Below are positions 35,556 through 43,902 of a stretch of 64,000 bases of DNA, in pieces. This DNA comes from Candidatus Gottesmanbacteria bacterium (lineage in GTDB: Bacteria > Patescibacteriota > Microgenomatia > UBA10105 > UBA927), in contig CAWBPL010000002.1 of NCBI GenBank assembly GCA_963790805.1, positions 956,860 through 1,020,859 of the forward strand. Direction: 5' to 3'. The position numbers and the translations under genes are program-made. The notes under the pieces were generated by a model. That model ran no database searches. It was not told the DNA's origin and worked only from the letters and a program-made list of their open reading frames with translations. Within the stretch, counting starts at the first letter, position 1. Every line of letters starts with the position of its first letter.

Positions 35556-36829
35556 GCTTTTCTTTTGAGATTTTTCATAAAGATTCCAAATCCCGCGCCA
35601 GAACAGGCGTTATCCATACGCCGCACGGTGACATCCAAACGCCTTCGTTTGTGCCCGTTGGGACGCAGGCGACGGTAAAAAGCCTCACCCCCGAAGAATT
35701 GCATACACTTGGTGTTCAATTGTTTTTCGTCAACACGTATCACGCCTATTTACGGCCGGGAATAGACGTTATTCAAAAGTTTGGCGGACTCCACTCATTT
35801 ATGCACTGGAACAAGCCGCTTATAACCGACAGCGGTGGATTTCAGGTGTTTTCGTTGGGACAAAAGCGATACGTCAATATAGCTATTTCTGAATCTGCAG
35901 TTTTGGATCGGGAAAAATTTACAAAAAACGTCAGCAAACACGTGGCGGTAAAAGAACATGTGTATCCTGATGATTATCGTCCGGTAGGGGAGCTTGTCCG
36001 GATAGATGATGATGGCGTCACATTTACGTCGCATTGGGACGGTTCAGAGCATCGCTTTACACCGGAGAAATCCATGGAAATTCAGCATATCCTTGGTTCT
36101 GACATACATATTTCATTTGATGAATGTACACCATACCCCACGACGCATGCATATGCGAAAAAGGCTATGGAACGCACACACGTGTGGGCAAAGCAAAGTC
36201 TTGCAGCTCATGTGTCATTGTCAGAAAAGTCCCGCAAGGGCAACTATCAGGCGCTCTATGGCGTTATTCAGGGCAGTGTCTATGAGGATTTACGAAAAGA
36301 GTCTGCAAAATTCATACGCTCTATGGATTTTGACGGAATCGCAATCGGTGGCGTTTCGGTCGGAGAAAGTAAAAAGGAGATGGTTGACGTTCTTCACTGG
36401 ATTTCTCCGCTTTTGCCTGAGGACAAACCCCGCCATCTTTTAGGAGTAGGGGAGATCGATGACATTTTTGCTCTGGTTGAAGCGGGGGTTGATACGTTTG
36501 ATTGTGTCCAGCCGACCCGATTGGCGCGGATGGGAAAGTTATACGTGCGGCAGATAAACCCGAACACAAAAAGATATGAACTTGATATTAGTAAAACTCA
36601 ATGTACACAGGATACAAAACCCATTGAAGAAGATTGTGCCTGTTATACGTGTCAACATTTCTCCCGAGCGTACATTCACCATCTTTTCCACGTACGCGAG
36701 CTCTTAGCCTACCGGCTTGCGACGATTCATAATATTTATTTTATACAGAGGCTGGTGAATGAAATTCGTGACAGCATTGCGAAAAATTCATTTCTTGATT
36801 GTAAAAAACAATGGCTTTACAATAGCTGA
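35552..36829 (+). CDS. tgt: queuine tRNA-ribosyltransferase (bacterial TGT) with about 43-aa insertion
   Basis: TPSFVPVGTQATVK, TDSGGFQVFSL, IAIGGVSVGE, MGVGEIDD-like LGVGEIDD, and zinc site CACYTCQHFSRAYIHHL. Confidence 0.93.
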   Translation: MSFSFEIFHKDSKSRARTGVIHTPHGDIQTPSFVPVGTQATVKSLTPEELHTLGVQLFFVNTYHAYLRPGIDVIQKFGGLHSFMHWNKPLITDSGGFQVFSLGQKRYVNIAISESAVLDREKFTKNVSKHVAVKEHVYPDDYRPVGELVRIDDDGVTFTSHWDGSEHRFTPEKSMEIQHILGSDIHISFDECTPYPTTHAYAKKAMERTHVWAKQSLAAHVSLSEKSRKGNYQALYGVIQGSVYEDLRKESAKFIRSMDFDGIAIGGVSVGESKKEMVDVLHWISPLLPEDKPRHLLGVGEIDDIFALVEAGVDTFDCVQPTRLARMGKLYVRQINPNTKRYELDISKTQCTQDTKPIEEDCACYTCQHFSRAYIHHLFHVRELLAYRLATIHNIYFIQRLVNEIRDSIAKNSFLDCKKQWLYNS

Positions 36830-36840
36830 AGGAGGGACAT

Positions 36841-36984
36841 ATGGCATTTGGCGGTTTCTATAAAGGGGAAAGTAAAAAAATAAAGAAAAAAGATTTGGAA
36901 AAACGTGCACAAAAACAAATTGGGAGCACTTCGTGGTCGCCCCCGCAGGTAGAGATCATTAAAAAAGGCAAAAAAGATTGGTAA
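36841..36984 (+). CDS. small Lys-rich protein (47 aa)
   Basis: My own translation is MAFGGFYKGESKKIKKKDLEKRAQKQIGSTSWSPPQVEIIKKGKKDW*. A strong SD (GAAGGAGGG) lies 5 nt upstream. The stop overlaps the next ATG (TAATG). Confidence 0.5.
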   Translation: MAFGGFYKGESKKIKKKDLEKRAQKQIGSTSWSPPQVEIIKKGKKDW

Positions 36985-37940
36985 TGAAGAGAGCCCGTTT
37001 AGGACGCCGATTGGGCAATCGATTCGGTACCACCGTTATCATTTGTGCGCTTATTTTCCTTTTGATAGTCATCATGGGTATCGTGAGTGGATTGCACCAT
37101 TCATTCTATCCGCGTGAGACAGTGGTCATCGCAAGTTCTCCCGTATCCGTCTGGTCGTACGATAGGGAAGACCACACGTTAACAGTTCTTATCATTCCCT
37201 CTGATTACTTTATTGACGCGATTCACGGTTATGGTGAGTATTCTCTGGAATCGCTTTGGAAACTGGGATTTATCGACACGACAGAACGTTCGCTTATGAG
37301 CGAAAGCGTCGGGGACACGCTCGGTCTGTCAATTCCATGGTATATCGGCGAAAACTCAGAGGAATTGCCTCACGTGCACGACAGCGTTGCGTACGGGAAG
37401 AGCATTTTTTCGCTGGCATCGGTAGGGAAGTTATTTTCCGGATTGTACCGTTCTAATATGCCGATTACTTCATTTATTTCATTTATGCGAAACATCACTT
37501 CGGTGTCTTTGGACAATATGACCGTTATCGATCTTTCCCAAAAAGATATTACCGAGGAACAGGTGTTGCCTGACCAAACAACGAGAGAACATATCGATCC
37601 TGATCAGGTCGATTTGGTCCTGAAAGGTGTTTTTGAAGACGAAACGATCCGCAAAGAACGCGTGAGTGTAGCCCTCTATAATACGACACAGGTGCCGGAT
37701 CTGGCCAATCGAGCCGCTCGATTAGTTTCGGCAATGGGTGTTCTTGTCGTCGCGGTAAGCAACGAAGAACCTGCCGTATCACGGTGTCAACTGTATGGAA
37801 CTGCGCCTGTTCTTTCATCAAAAACTGCGCACATGATTGCGGACCTGTTTAAATGTCAAACGAATATCTCGTCTTCCCAAAATCGTGCGGATTTAATGGT
37901 ATTAATAGGCACTGAGTACGCTGCGCGGTTTCAACCGTAA
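36978..37940 (+). CDS. membrane-anchored LytR_C-domain protein
   Basis: N-terminal TM helix. The C-terminus RVSVALYNTTQVPDLANRAARLVSAMGVLVVAVSNEE resembles the LytR C-terminal domain. The likely ATG is at 36984. Confidence 0.5.
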   Translation: MVMKRARLGRRLGNRFGTTVIICALIFLLIVIMGIVSGLHHSFYPRETVVIASSPVSVWSYDREDHTLTVLIIPSDYFIDAIHGYGEYSLESLWKLGFIDTTERSLMSESVGDTLGLSIPWYIGENSEELPHVHDSVAYGKSIFSLASVGKLFSGLYRSNMPITSFISFMRNITSVSLDNMTVIDLSQKDITEEQVLPDQTTREHIDPDQVDLVLKGVFEDETIRKERVSVALYNTTQVPDLANRAARLVSAMGVLVVAVSNEEPAVSRCQLYGTAPVLSSKTAHMIADLFKCQTNISSSQNRADLMVLIGTEYAARFQP

Positions 37941-37950
37941 CGAAGCGTTT

Positions 37951-38679
37951 TCAGGAATCTTGAGATTCTTCAGTGGCATCCGCATCGCCGTCTTCACCGG
38001 TCGGCGTCATATCGGGGCCTTCCAGATTTGATGAGCCGCCCCGTGCAAACGGAATGTAGCTTGTTGTGCTGGTAAATGATGGTTGATTGGCAAATCGTTT
38101 CCCTCGGGTAAGCTCACGGATCAAAACTTTGAGTGAATTTTTATCGACGCTTTTTACGACCACTTGATACGTATTGCCGGCGGATAATAATTTATTTAAC
38201 TTAAAAGACATGTCATCAGGAAGTGCCCCCAGATAGACGTTTTGATGGGTCCGTATTTCCACACAATGATTTTTAGCTTTCAATAATACTTCCTGACCGG
38301 CGGAAAGCGAAGAAAGTGTTGGAGCCGCCGAAAGATCAATGCATTCAACAATTTTTGTTTTTCCCGGTTCTTCCAAGAAAATCATAGGTGAAACATGGGT
38401 GTTGGTTCCTGCGATGATGTTCTTTTTTTTGAGGGTCGAAAGTTTTTTGATATTTTTTTGGGCGATATGATTATACTGGTCAACCGCGAGAACTTTTTCA
38501 TATGTTTTTTTTGCGAGCAATAATTGGCCGGTTTTACTATATGCATACGCGAGCCTGAGGAGCGATTCCACATCATCTTTGCGGGATTTCAGGATCGTTG
38601 TATTTATGCGGATTGCCTCTTTCCAATTTTGTGAGAGGGCAGCGGTTACTGCTGAAGCCGGCAGGGACGTATCGGTCAT
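37951..38679 (-). CDS. TPR-repeat protein (242 aa) with acidic C-terminus
   Basis: The helical repeats LLRLAYAYSKTGQLLLAKKTYEKVLAVDQYNHIAQKNI are TPR-like. Confidence 0.5.
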   Translation of the reverse strand: MTDTSLPASAVTAALSQNWKEAIRINTTILKSRKDDVESLLRLAYAYSKTGQLLLAKKTYEKVLAVDQYNHIAQKNIKKLSTLKKKNIIAGTNTHVSPMIFLEEPGKTKIVECIDLSAAPTLSSLSAGQEVLLKAKNHCVEIRTHQNVYLGALPDDMSFKLNKLLSAGNTYQVVVKSVDKNSLKVLIRELTRGKRFANQPSFTSTTSYIPFARGGSSNLEGPDMTPTGEDGDADATEESQDS

Positions 38680-38700
38680 GGGGGAAAGTGTAACGATTTC

Positions 38701-38729
38701 TTGAGAAAAGTCAAGAGAGCAAGTACAAT
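38701..38729 (+). promoter_or_regulatory. sigma70-like promoter TTGAGA-17-TACAAT, 8 nt upstream of the yebC ATG
   Basis: Counted directly in the sequence. Confidence 0.35.
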
Positions 38730-38737
38730 AAGAATTT

Positions 38738-39457
38738 ATGTCGGGACATTCAAAATGGTCAAAGGTTAAACATCAGAAGGCGACGACAGACGTTATAAAA
38801 GCCATGGCGTTTACCAAAGCGGCGCGTGCAATAACGATCGCCGTTCGCGAAGGCGGCGGCGGTAACCCAGCGCATAATTTTCGGCTTCGTCTTGCCATCG
38901 AAAAAGCTCATGAAGTCAATATGCCAAAAGACAATATTGAGCGGGCGATTGAAAAGGGCGCCGGCGGCGGGGGAGCGAGTATGGAACAAATTCTCTACGA
39001 AGGGTATGCACCTCATGGAGTGGCGATGATTATAGAAGCGGCAACCGATAACCGTCAACGTACCGTTTCGGCAATTAAGAATCTTCTTGATCGGACGGGA
39101 GGAACCATCGCAAGTCCCGGTGCCGTATCCTATCTTTTTGAGCGGGTGGGAATTTTGACCGTTCCGAAAGAAAATCTTACGTATGACGCATTGTTTGAAG
39201 CGGCGCTTGAGGCCGGCGCCAACGACGTTGTTGAAACAACCGATATGTTTGAAGTCTATACAACCGTTGCCGCACTCCTTACAGTGAAACAGGGACTGGT
39301 AAACAAAAACATTATCATAGACAATACGGAGATAATTATGAAACCAGTGACGGTCGTCCCGCTTGACGATGCCAAGATGACGAAACTGGAGCAGCTTGTT
39401 GATGAACTTGAATCTCTCGATGATGTGCAACACGTTTTTACGAATGCGCAAAACTAA
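38738..39457 (+). CDS. yebC: YebC/PmpR-family transcriptional regulator
   Basis: MSGHSKWSKVKHQKA...NMPKDNIERAI...YEGYAPHGVA. Confidence 0.93.
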   Translation: MSGHSKWSKVKHQKATTDVIKAMAFTKAARAITIAVREGGGGNPAHNFRLRLAIEKAHEVNMPKDNIERAIEKGAGGGGASMEQILYEGYAPHGVAMIIEAATDNRQRTVSAIKNLLDRTGGTIASPGAVSYLFERVGILTVPKENLTYDALFEAALEAGANDVVETTDMFEVYTTVAALLTVKQGLVNKNIIIDNTEIIMKPVTVVPLDDAKMTKLEQLVDELESLDDVQHVFTNAQN

Positions 39458-40291
39458 ATGAAACCTATTACTGAATTGCAACGAAAATTAGTCAGGTGGG
39501 ATCACCGGTTGGCGCTCACCAAACGCCAGCAGTTTGTCGTCGCGACGATAGTTTTGGCGTTCGGTTTACTCTTGTCGCAACTGGTCCCCGTTGAGACGCG
39601 CTATCCGATTACGCTCGCATTATCGGTATTCGCCTACGTCGTATCTGCGATAGCACTGAGAGAAGATTTAAGAGGTATCGAATGGTTTACATTATTACTT
39701 CTGCCGACTTTATTTACGGCGGCGGTCGCTCTTTTTTATTTTTTATTGCCGGTCCGCTGGCTTACGCGCATCCCGTTTGTCGTTTTGTACGCGGTCGGTA
39801 TGTATGCACTTCTTTTGACTGAAAATATTTATAACGTTGCTGCCGACAGAACAATTGCACTTCTTCGTGCGGCCCACTCTGTCGGGTATCTTCTGACTTT
39901 GACGACGTATTTTTTGCTGGTTCAGACTGTTATGGCATTTCGGTTTCCTTTTTATATCAATGCGCTATTTATTGGACTCATCAGTTTTTTTCTTGTATTT
40001 CAATCGCTCTGGTCGGTTGTTCTTGAGGAACAGGTGAGTAGGCGAGTGTGGGCATTAACGATTGCCATAACCGTTGTGCTTTCTGAGCTTGGGTGGTTAT
40101 TTTCATTTTTACCGACCCCGTCGACCCTAATGGTTCTTTTTTTAACCACCAGCTTCTATGGCATGGTCGGCATGGCACAGCAGTATCTTGTCGAAAAACT
40201 GTATAAAAAAACCGTCATTGAATTTTTTTCTTTGTGCAGTATTGTTTTTGTTATTGTTTTGTTAGCGACTCATTGGCGGGGAAATTTTTAA
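39458..40291 (+). CDS. polytopic membrane protein (277 aa), hypothetical
   Basis: About 7 hydrophobic helices. It starts immediately after the yebC stop. Confidence 0.55.
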   Translation: MKPITELQRKLVRWDHRLALTKRQQFVVATIVLAFGLLLSQLVPVETRYPITLALSVFAYVVSAIALREDLRGIEWFTLLLLPTLFTAAVALFYFLLPVRWLTRIPFVVLYAVGMYALLLTENIYNVAADRTIALLRAAHSVGYLLTLTTYFLLVQTVMAFRFPFYINALFIGLISFFLVFQSLWSVVLEEQVSRRVWALTIAITVVLSELGWLFSFLPTPSTLMVLFLTTSFYGMVGMAQQYLVEKLYKKTVIEFFSLCSIVFVIVLLATHWRGNF

Positions 40292-40347
40292 GGACATGAA
40301 AGTAGAGGAGAGGGAAGTAGTTCACCCTGAGCGAAGCCGAAGGGTGA

Positions 40348-40413
40348 TATAGTTTGATGTAGTAAAACTATAGGGTATATATGTGGCCTATAATAGTCCT
40401 ATAGTTTGATGTG
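40348..40413. repeat. left copy of the CCTATA(A/G)TTTGATGT motif cluster (possible recombination site)
   Basis: TATAGTTTGATGT at 40348-40360, inverted AAAACTATAGG at 40364-40374, GGCCTATAAT at 40385-40394, and CCTATAGTTTGATGTG at 40398-40413. Confidence 0.5.
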
Positions 40414-40584
40414 TACATGCTTGGCGAAGCGGATGTGGATAATATTTTTCACGAAATAAGGCTGTTCATTTCACGCTGCCCTTCGTGGTAGCGCAGCGTA
40501 CCCCCCCTGTGTTTGACGGGTACCATACGGTATCCGTCTCTCTTGAGTACACAATGTGTGCGTATTTATATCATTCCGGATTGT

Positions 40585-41046
40585 CACTACGCTCTAAACA
40601 AAACTATACGGCAGAAATGTTTTGTCGATTATCAGCCTCAAAATACACCGTTTGGCGCATATGAAAGCCCTAAAAACACCCGAAAAGCAAACTCTTACAT
40701 TCTGTGTGGGTATGTGCAAGAACGTATTGAAACATAGCCTGCATGATTGAGGGTAGAATAGACGTTTAGCTTGCTCTTATGCCCTAAATAGCGACGTCTT
40801 TCATATCAATACATAGCGTTAGTTAGCCTCAAAAATAGTCGTTTAGAACGTATCAATGCGCTAAATTAAACTCCAATGAATATCGCATCATATTCACATC
40901 TCGGGTATAGCATAATAGTCAGCCTTAAAATCGCTGTTTTAGATTATTAATATGCTCTAAACACTACATTCTAGTGGTTTGGGGGCTATGATAAAAACGT
41001 GATATTTAGCCTCAGAATTAATCATATAGAGCGTAATAATGCGCTA
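40585..41046 (+). repeat. array of 5-6 degenerate ~42-53 nt repeats (AGCCTCAAAA..GTTTAG..N13-17..GC[GTC]CTAAA), period 87-102 nt
   Basis: AGCCT units start at 40634, 40736, 40825, 40921 and 41008. A half unit ends at 40599. Each unit can fold through TTTAG/CTAAA. No ORF spans the region. Confidence 0.6.
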
Positions 41047-41175
41047 ACTGTGACCTCGTCGATAAAACCCGAAAGAGGGGTTATAAAGACTCTCTTGGGC
41101 TGCACCATTGGCCCTTAACATTGAAAGAATTGATAAATAACAGGAGAAGACCCTTTTTTGCCGGAAGCTCGGGGT

Positions 41176-41599
41176 GAGGCTCGCTGTATTCCCTTGAGAA
41201 TACACGCCATAAAAGTGTTTTCGATTATTGTCAAAAATTAGCACCCAAGGACGGCAGGGCGCTTATTACCATAATGTCGTACAATAATACTTTTACGACG
41301 TCTGGTGAGGCTAACACCGGAAGTGGTCTCATTTTGCTTGCTTCATGTCGTGCATTCCATACAACAAACAATTCGCATCATTATTGTGAATATATATCGG
41401 TATCATTTCCCTCAATTTTGTCCCACATATTTTTCTTCAGTACGTATGGATGAAATGCTTGTTTCTGTTTGCCGGTTTTTATGAAAAAGCCACTTTTATC
41501 GGTTTGCTCATTTTTCCTCTATAACAGAGATGATGAACTATATAGCTAGGCCGCAATTAAGTCATTCTAGGTCATTACAGGGGCTCACAATTGAGGCTA
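41176..41599 (-). repeat. three inverted partial copies of the AGCCTCA-type repeat
   Basis: TGAGGCT at 41176-41182, TGAGGCTA at 41306-41313, and TTGAGGCTA at 41591-41599. The copy at 41306 also shares GTAATAA(T)GCGC with the forward unit at 41008. Confidence 0.4.
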
Positions 41600-41626
41600 G
41601 GTTTTTCGGCTTGGACAGTCGGTGAT

Positions 41627-42544
41627 TTATAAACGTTCCGCCAAAGAGATGAGTTCTTTGGCTAAAAAATAGTTGGTTTCATGGCGGTCTTTTGGTTCCA
41701 CCAATATGAAGATATCATTGCGGTTTTTGAAAAGCTTCAAAAGTTCAATCATTTGTTTTTTATTTGGAACGGCCTTTGAGGTTTCAAGAATCGGATTATC
41801 GAGTGAGTTGTGGTTATCGGTGCCGTTATACGGCGGCATAACAAACCCGAGATGAATAAGACGCGTTTTGGGAGCCAAGAGCTCGGTAGTGCCTCTTAAG
41901 AAGGTCCACACGGCGTCAGAATCATTGCTGATAACGTTTGCCGCCGTATGACAAAAGTCGTTGGCTACAAAGAGGCCGGATTGTGAAGCTTGAATGATCG
42001 CTCTTGCCGGTAGTTCATAGGCGTTTTTGGGTTTGAGGCGTGCCTTGGCATTATACCAGCCATCAGTGATGCGGGCAGGGACCGTTTCAACGGTCAAAAT
42101 GACACCCTTGGTTTTTGCGTATTCATGGATTTTGATCGCATGTTCGAGGAATGTTTGGATTGCCACATCAGTCTCAACCGGATTTTGAACAACATCAAAC
42201 TGTTGCGTATCATAGTTGACGTGAAGCACAGCTGCGGATCCGGGATGAATGTTTACGTATGAGCATTTCCGCTGGGCGGCGATATCTAGAGTTTGGCGCA
42301 TAAGGTCCATACTTTTTTTAGCTATATCAGAATCCGGATATGCAATATTCGGCGATATGTTGTTAGGAAGAAGTCCCCAGAAATGAAGTCCGATTTTCGC
42401 GCGCCTGCGGTTTAGCTCTTCAAACAGCGCTTCATACCGGCGATAATCGTTTACGTTAAACCAGATTTCGGCAAACGGCGCGTTCGTTTTGGCTAAACGC
42501 GTGAAGGACGCCGCGTCGGCATTGAGTTTAATACCAAGTTTCAT
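41627..42544 (-). CDS. xylose-isomerase-like TIM-barrel protein (sugar phosphate isomerase/epimerase family)
   Basis: 305 aa. The pattern YVNIHPG...TVETVP...ANDFCH is typical of AP-endonuclease-2/TIM-barrel enzymes. Confidence 0.55.
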   Translation of the reverse strand: MKLGIKLNADAASFTRLAKTNAPFAEIWFNVNDYRRYEALFEELNRRRAKIGLHFWGLLPNNISPNIAYPDSDIAKKSMDLMRQTLDIAAQRKCSYVNIHPGSAAVLHVNYDTQQFDVVQNPVETDVAIQTFLEHAIKIHEYAKTKGVILTVETVPARITDGWYNAKARLKPKNAYELPARAIIQASQSGLFVANDFCHTAANVISNDSDAVWTFLRGTTELLAPKTRLIHLGFVMPPYNGTDNHNSLDNPILETSKAVPNKKQMIELLKLFKNRNDIFILVEPKDRHETNYFLAKELISLAERL

Positions 42545-42570
42545 ACAATAAGTATATCAACTCTCAAGTA

Positions 42571-43815
42571 TTGTACACTAAACGTATGAAACGACTCTGG
42601 TGGTATGCAATATATGTATGTATCGGCATAGTGGCTTTGGTGTATTTAGGGCGTCAGATTAACGCAAATTCCCCGCCTTTTGTGGCAGATGAGATGTACT
42701 GGATAGGTACCGCCCGTATCGTACCGTTTTTTTTACAAGGCAAATGGAAAGATCCTTTTTGGGATGAGTTTGGCGGTTATGCAAATTTTAACGGTGCGAA
42801 ATGGATCTATGGCGTCTCGCTGGCAATTCTCGGGCATCACGACTTTTCGTTTCTCGCATATCCGCCGTATATTTATTATCATTACCGGCCGCTTGAAGGA
42901 AAACCCATGCCGACGACTCTTAAAGAGTACAGCTATCTTCATGATGCGCGGTTGACATCAGCCGTTTTCGGATCGCTCAGTATTGTCGCTATGTCTGTTG
43001 TGGCATATGAAGTAACCTCAAGCGGTATCGCCGGGTTCTTTGCAGGTATATTCTTGGGTCTAAATCCGGTTGTGCAAAACGTAAGCGTGATAGCATTTGC
43101 TGATACCATGTTTTTGTTTTTTCAGCTTACGTCGATGTTTCTTATGGCCCGCTATGAGAAGCAAAAGTCGCATACGCAAAATATCGGTTTATTGGTGTTG
43201 TGGGGCGCCAGTTGTGCCATGGTGACGGCGGTGAAATTAAACGGACTTTGGTTTGCGGTTTTAGCTGTTTTATCCATCATAGTGCGTGGTTTCAGTGTAC
43301 CGAAACAAAAACGCGGAGGAATATTTATTTCGGTTTTATATGTAGCTGCGGCTTTCGCGATCGTGTTTGATCTCTTGCATCCGAATTTCTTTTTCTATCC
43401 ATCCCACGGGCCATTTCAGATTATTACCGAACGTTTATCTATAACGCAGTATCACATGATGTATTTTTCCCACGCGATGCCTCCTTTAGTGTTATGGACG
43501 TTGAACGCGCGGCTGGCGTCATTTTGGCGGCACGTTCTTTTTGGTTCCGATATCCTCCTTATTGCTGTCGGAGCATTGCTTCTTGCGAGTGTTGGTTTGC
43601 GGTTTATAACCACAAAAACTTCGTTCGGACGCATGACCATTTGGGGTCTTGTGACATTCGGAAGTCTCATGGGATATGTCGTATTTGACGAAGTGAGGTA
43701 TTTCATCCCAATTTTGCCGTTTCTTATTATCTTTATTGTCGGCTTCGTCGTTCAATTAACGAAGATAAAACGCCGTGTTGACAAATCCGATGATGTCGCA
43801 CATTATGGATTGTAG
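42571..43815 (+). CDS. GT-C (GT39/ArnT-like) membrane glycosyltransferase
   Basis: A polytopic protein with an acidic motif in the first extracytoplasmic loop (FVADEMYWIG). Confidence 0.55.
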   Translation: MYTKRMKRLWWYAIYVCIGIVALVYLGRQINANSPPFVADEMYWIGTARIVPFFLQGKWKDPFWDEFGGYANFNGAKWIYGVSLAILGHHDFSFLAYPPYIYYHYRPLEGKPMPTTLKEYSYLHDARLTSAVFGSLSIVAMSVVAYEVTSSGIAGFFAGIFLGLNPVVQNVSVIAFADTMFLFFQLTSMFLMARYEKQKSHTQNIGLLVLWGASCAMVTAVKLNGLWFAVLAVLSIIVRGFSVPKQKRGGIFISVLYVAAAFAIVFDLLHPNFFFYPSHGPFQIITERLSITQYHMMYFSHAMPPLVLWTLNARLASFWRHVLFGSDILLIAVGALLLASVGLRFITTKTSFGRMTIWGLVTFGSLMGYVVFDEVRYFIPILPFLIIFIVGFVVQLTKIKRRVDKSDDVAHYGL

Positions 43816-43846
43816 AGACGTTTATGAAAGCGTCTCACAATCCGAA

Positions 43847-43885
43847 CTGCATTTTACGACGCCACTTTGTCATCGTAAAATGCAG
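43847..43885. promoter_or_regulatory. perfect 13-bp inverted repeat CTGCATTTTACGA-N13-TCGTAAAATGCAG upstream of the recombinase gene
   Basis: Read directly in the sequence. It lies 17 nt upstream of the ATG at 43903. It could be a hairpin or a protein-binding site. Confidence 0.5.
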
Positions 43886-43902
43886 TCAAATTCATTCACG
43901 TT

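Noticed and set aside
38759-39481. Long antisense ORFs opposite well-supported genes: 240 aa opposite yebC, plus 10656..11168 opposite ychF, 61820..62545 and 62278..62901 opposite gyrA, and 5681..6271 opposite mgtA.
   Set aside because: These are shadow ORFs with low-complexity, biased composition. The opposite strand encodes clearly conserved proteins.
40434-40442. A perfect DnaA box (TGTGGATAA) in an AT-rich non-coding region, suggesting a chromosomal origin.
   Set aside because: There is only one perfect box, with two or three poor variants. No dnaA/dnaN neighbourhood is present, and I could compute no strand-skew information. The evidence is insufficient for an oriC call.
40585-41046. 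A possible CRISPR array, suggested by regularly spaced ~45-nt repeats separated by ~45-nt unique stretches.
   Set aside because: The repeat copies are only about 50-70% identical to one another, whereas functional arrays have near-identical repeats. Unit length varies from 42 to 53 nt. No cas genes or leader are present in the window. I report it as a degenerate repeat array instead.
40292-41626. A known structured RNA (tmRNA, RNase P RNA, SRP RNA) hiding in the 1.3-kb ORF-free region. GGGGCTATGA at ~40981 and YAL-like codons (TACGCTCTA) looked tmRNA-like.
   Set aside because: I saw no tRNA-like 3' end (GGTTCGA T-loop or ACCA), no GAGGAAAGTCC RNase P core and no SRP GGAA/AGCA motifs. The YAL-like string belongs to the repeated GCGCTAAA motif. 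A novel RNA cannot be excluded without covariance searches.
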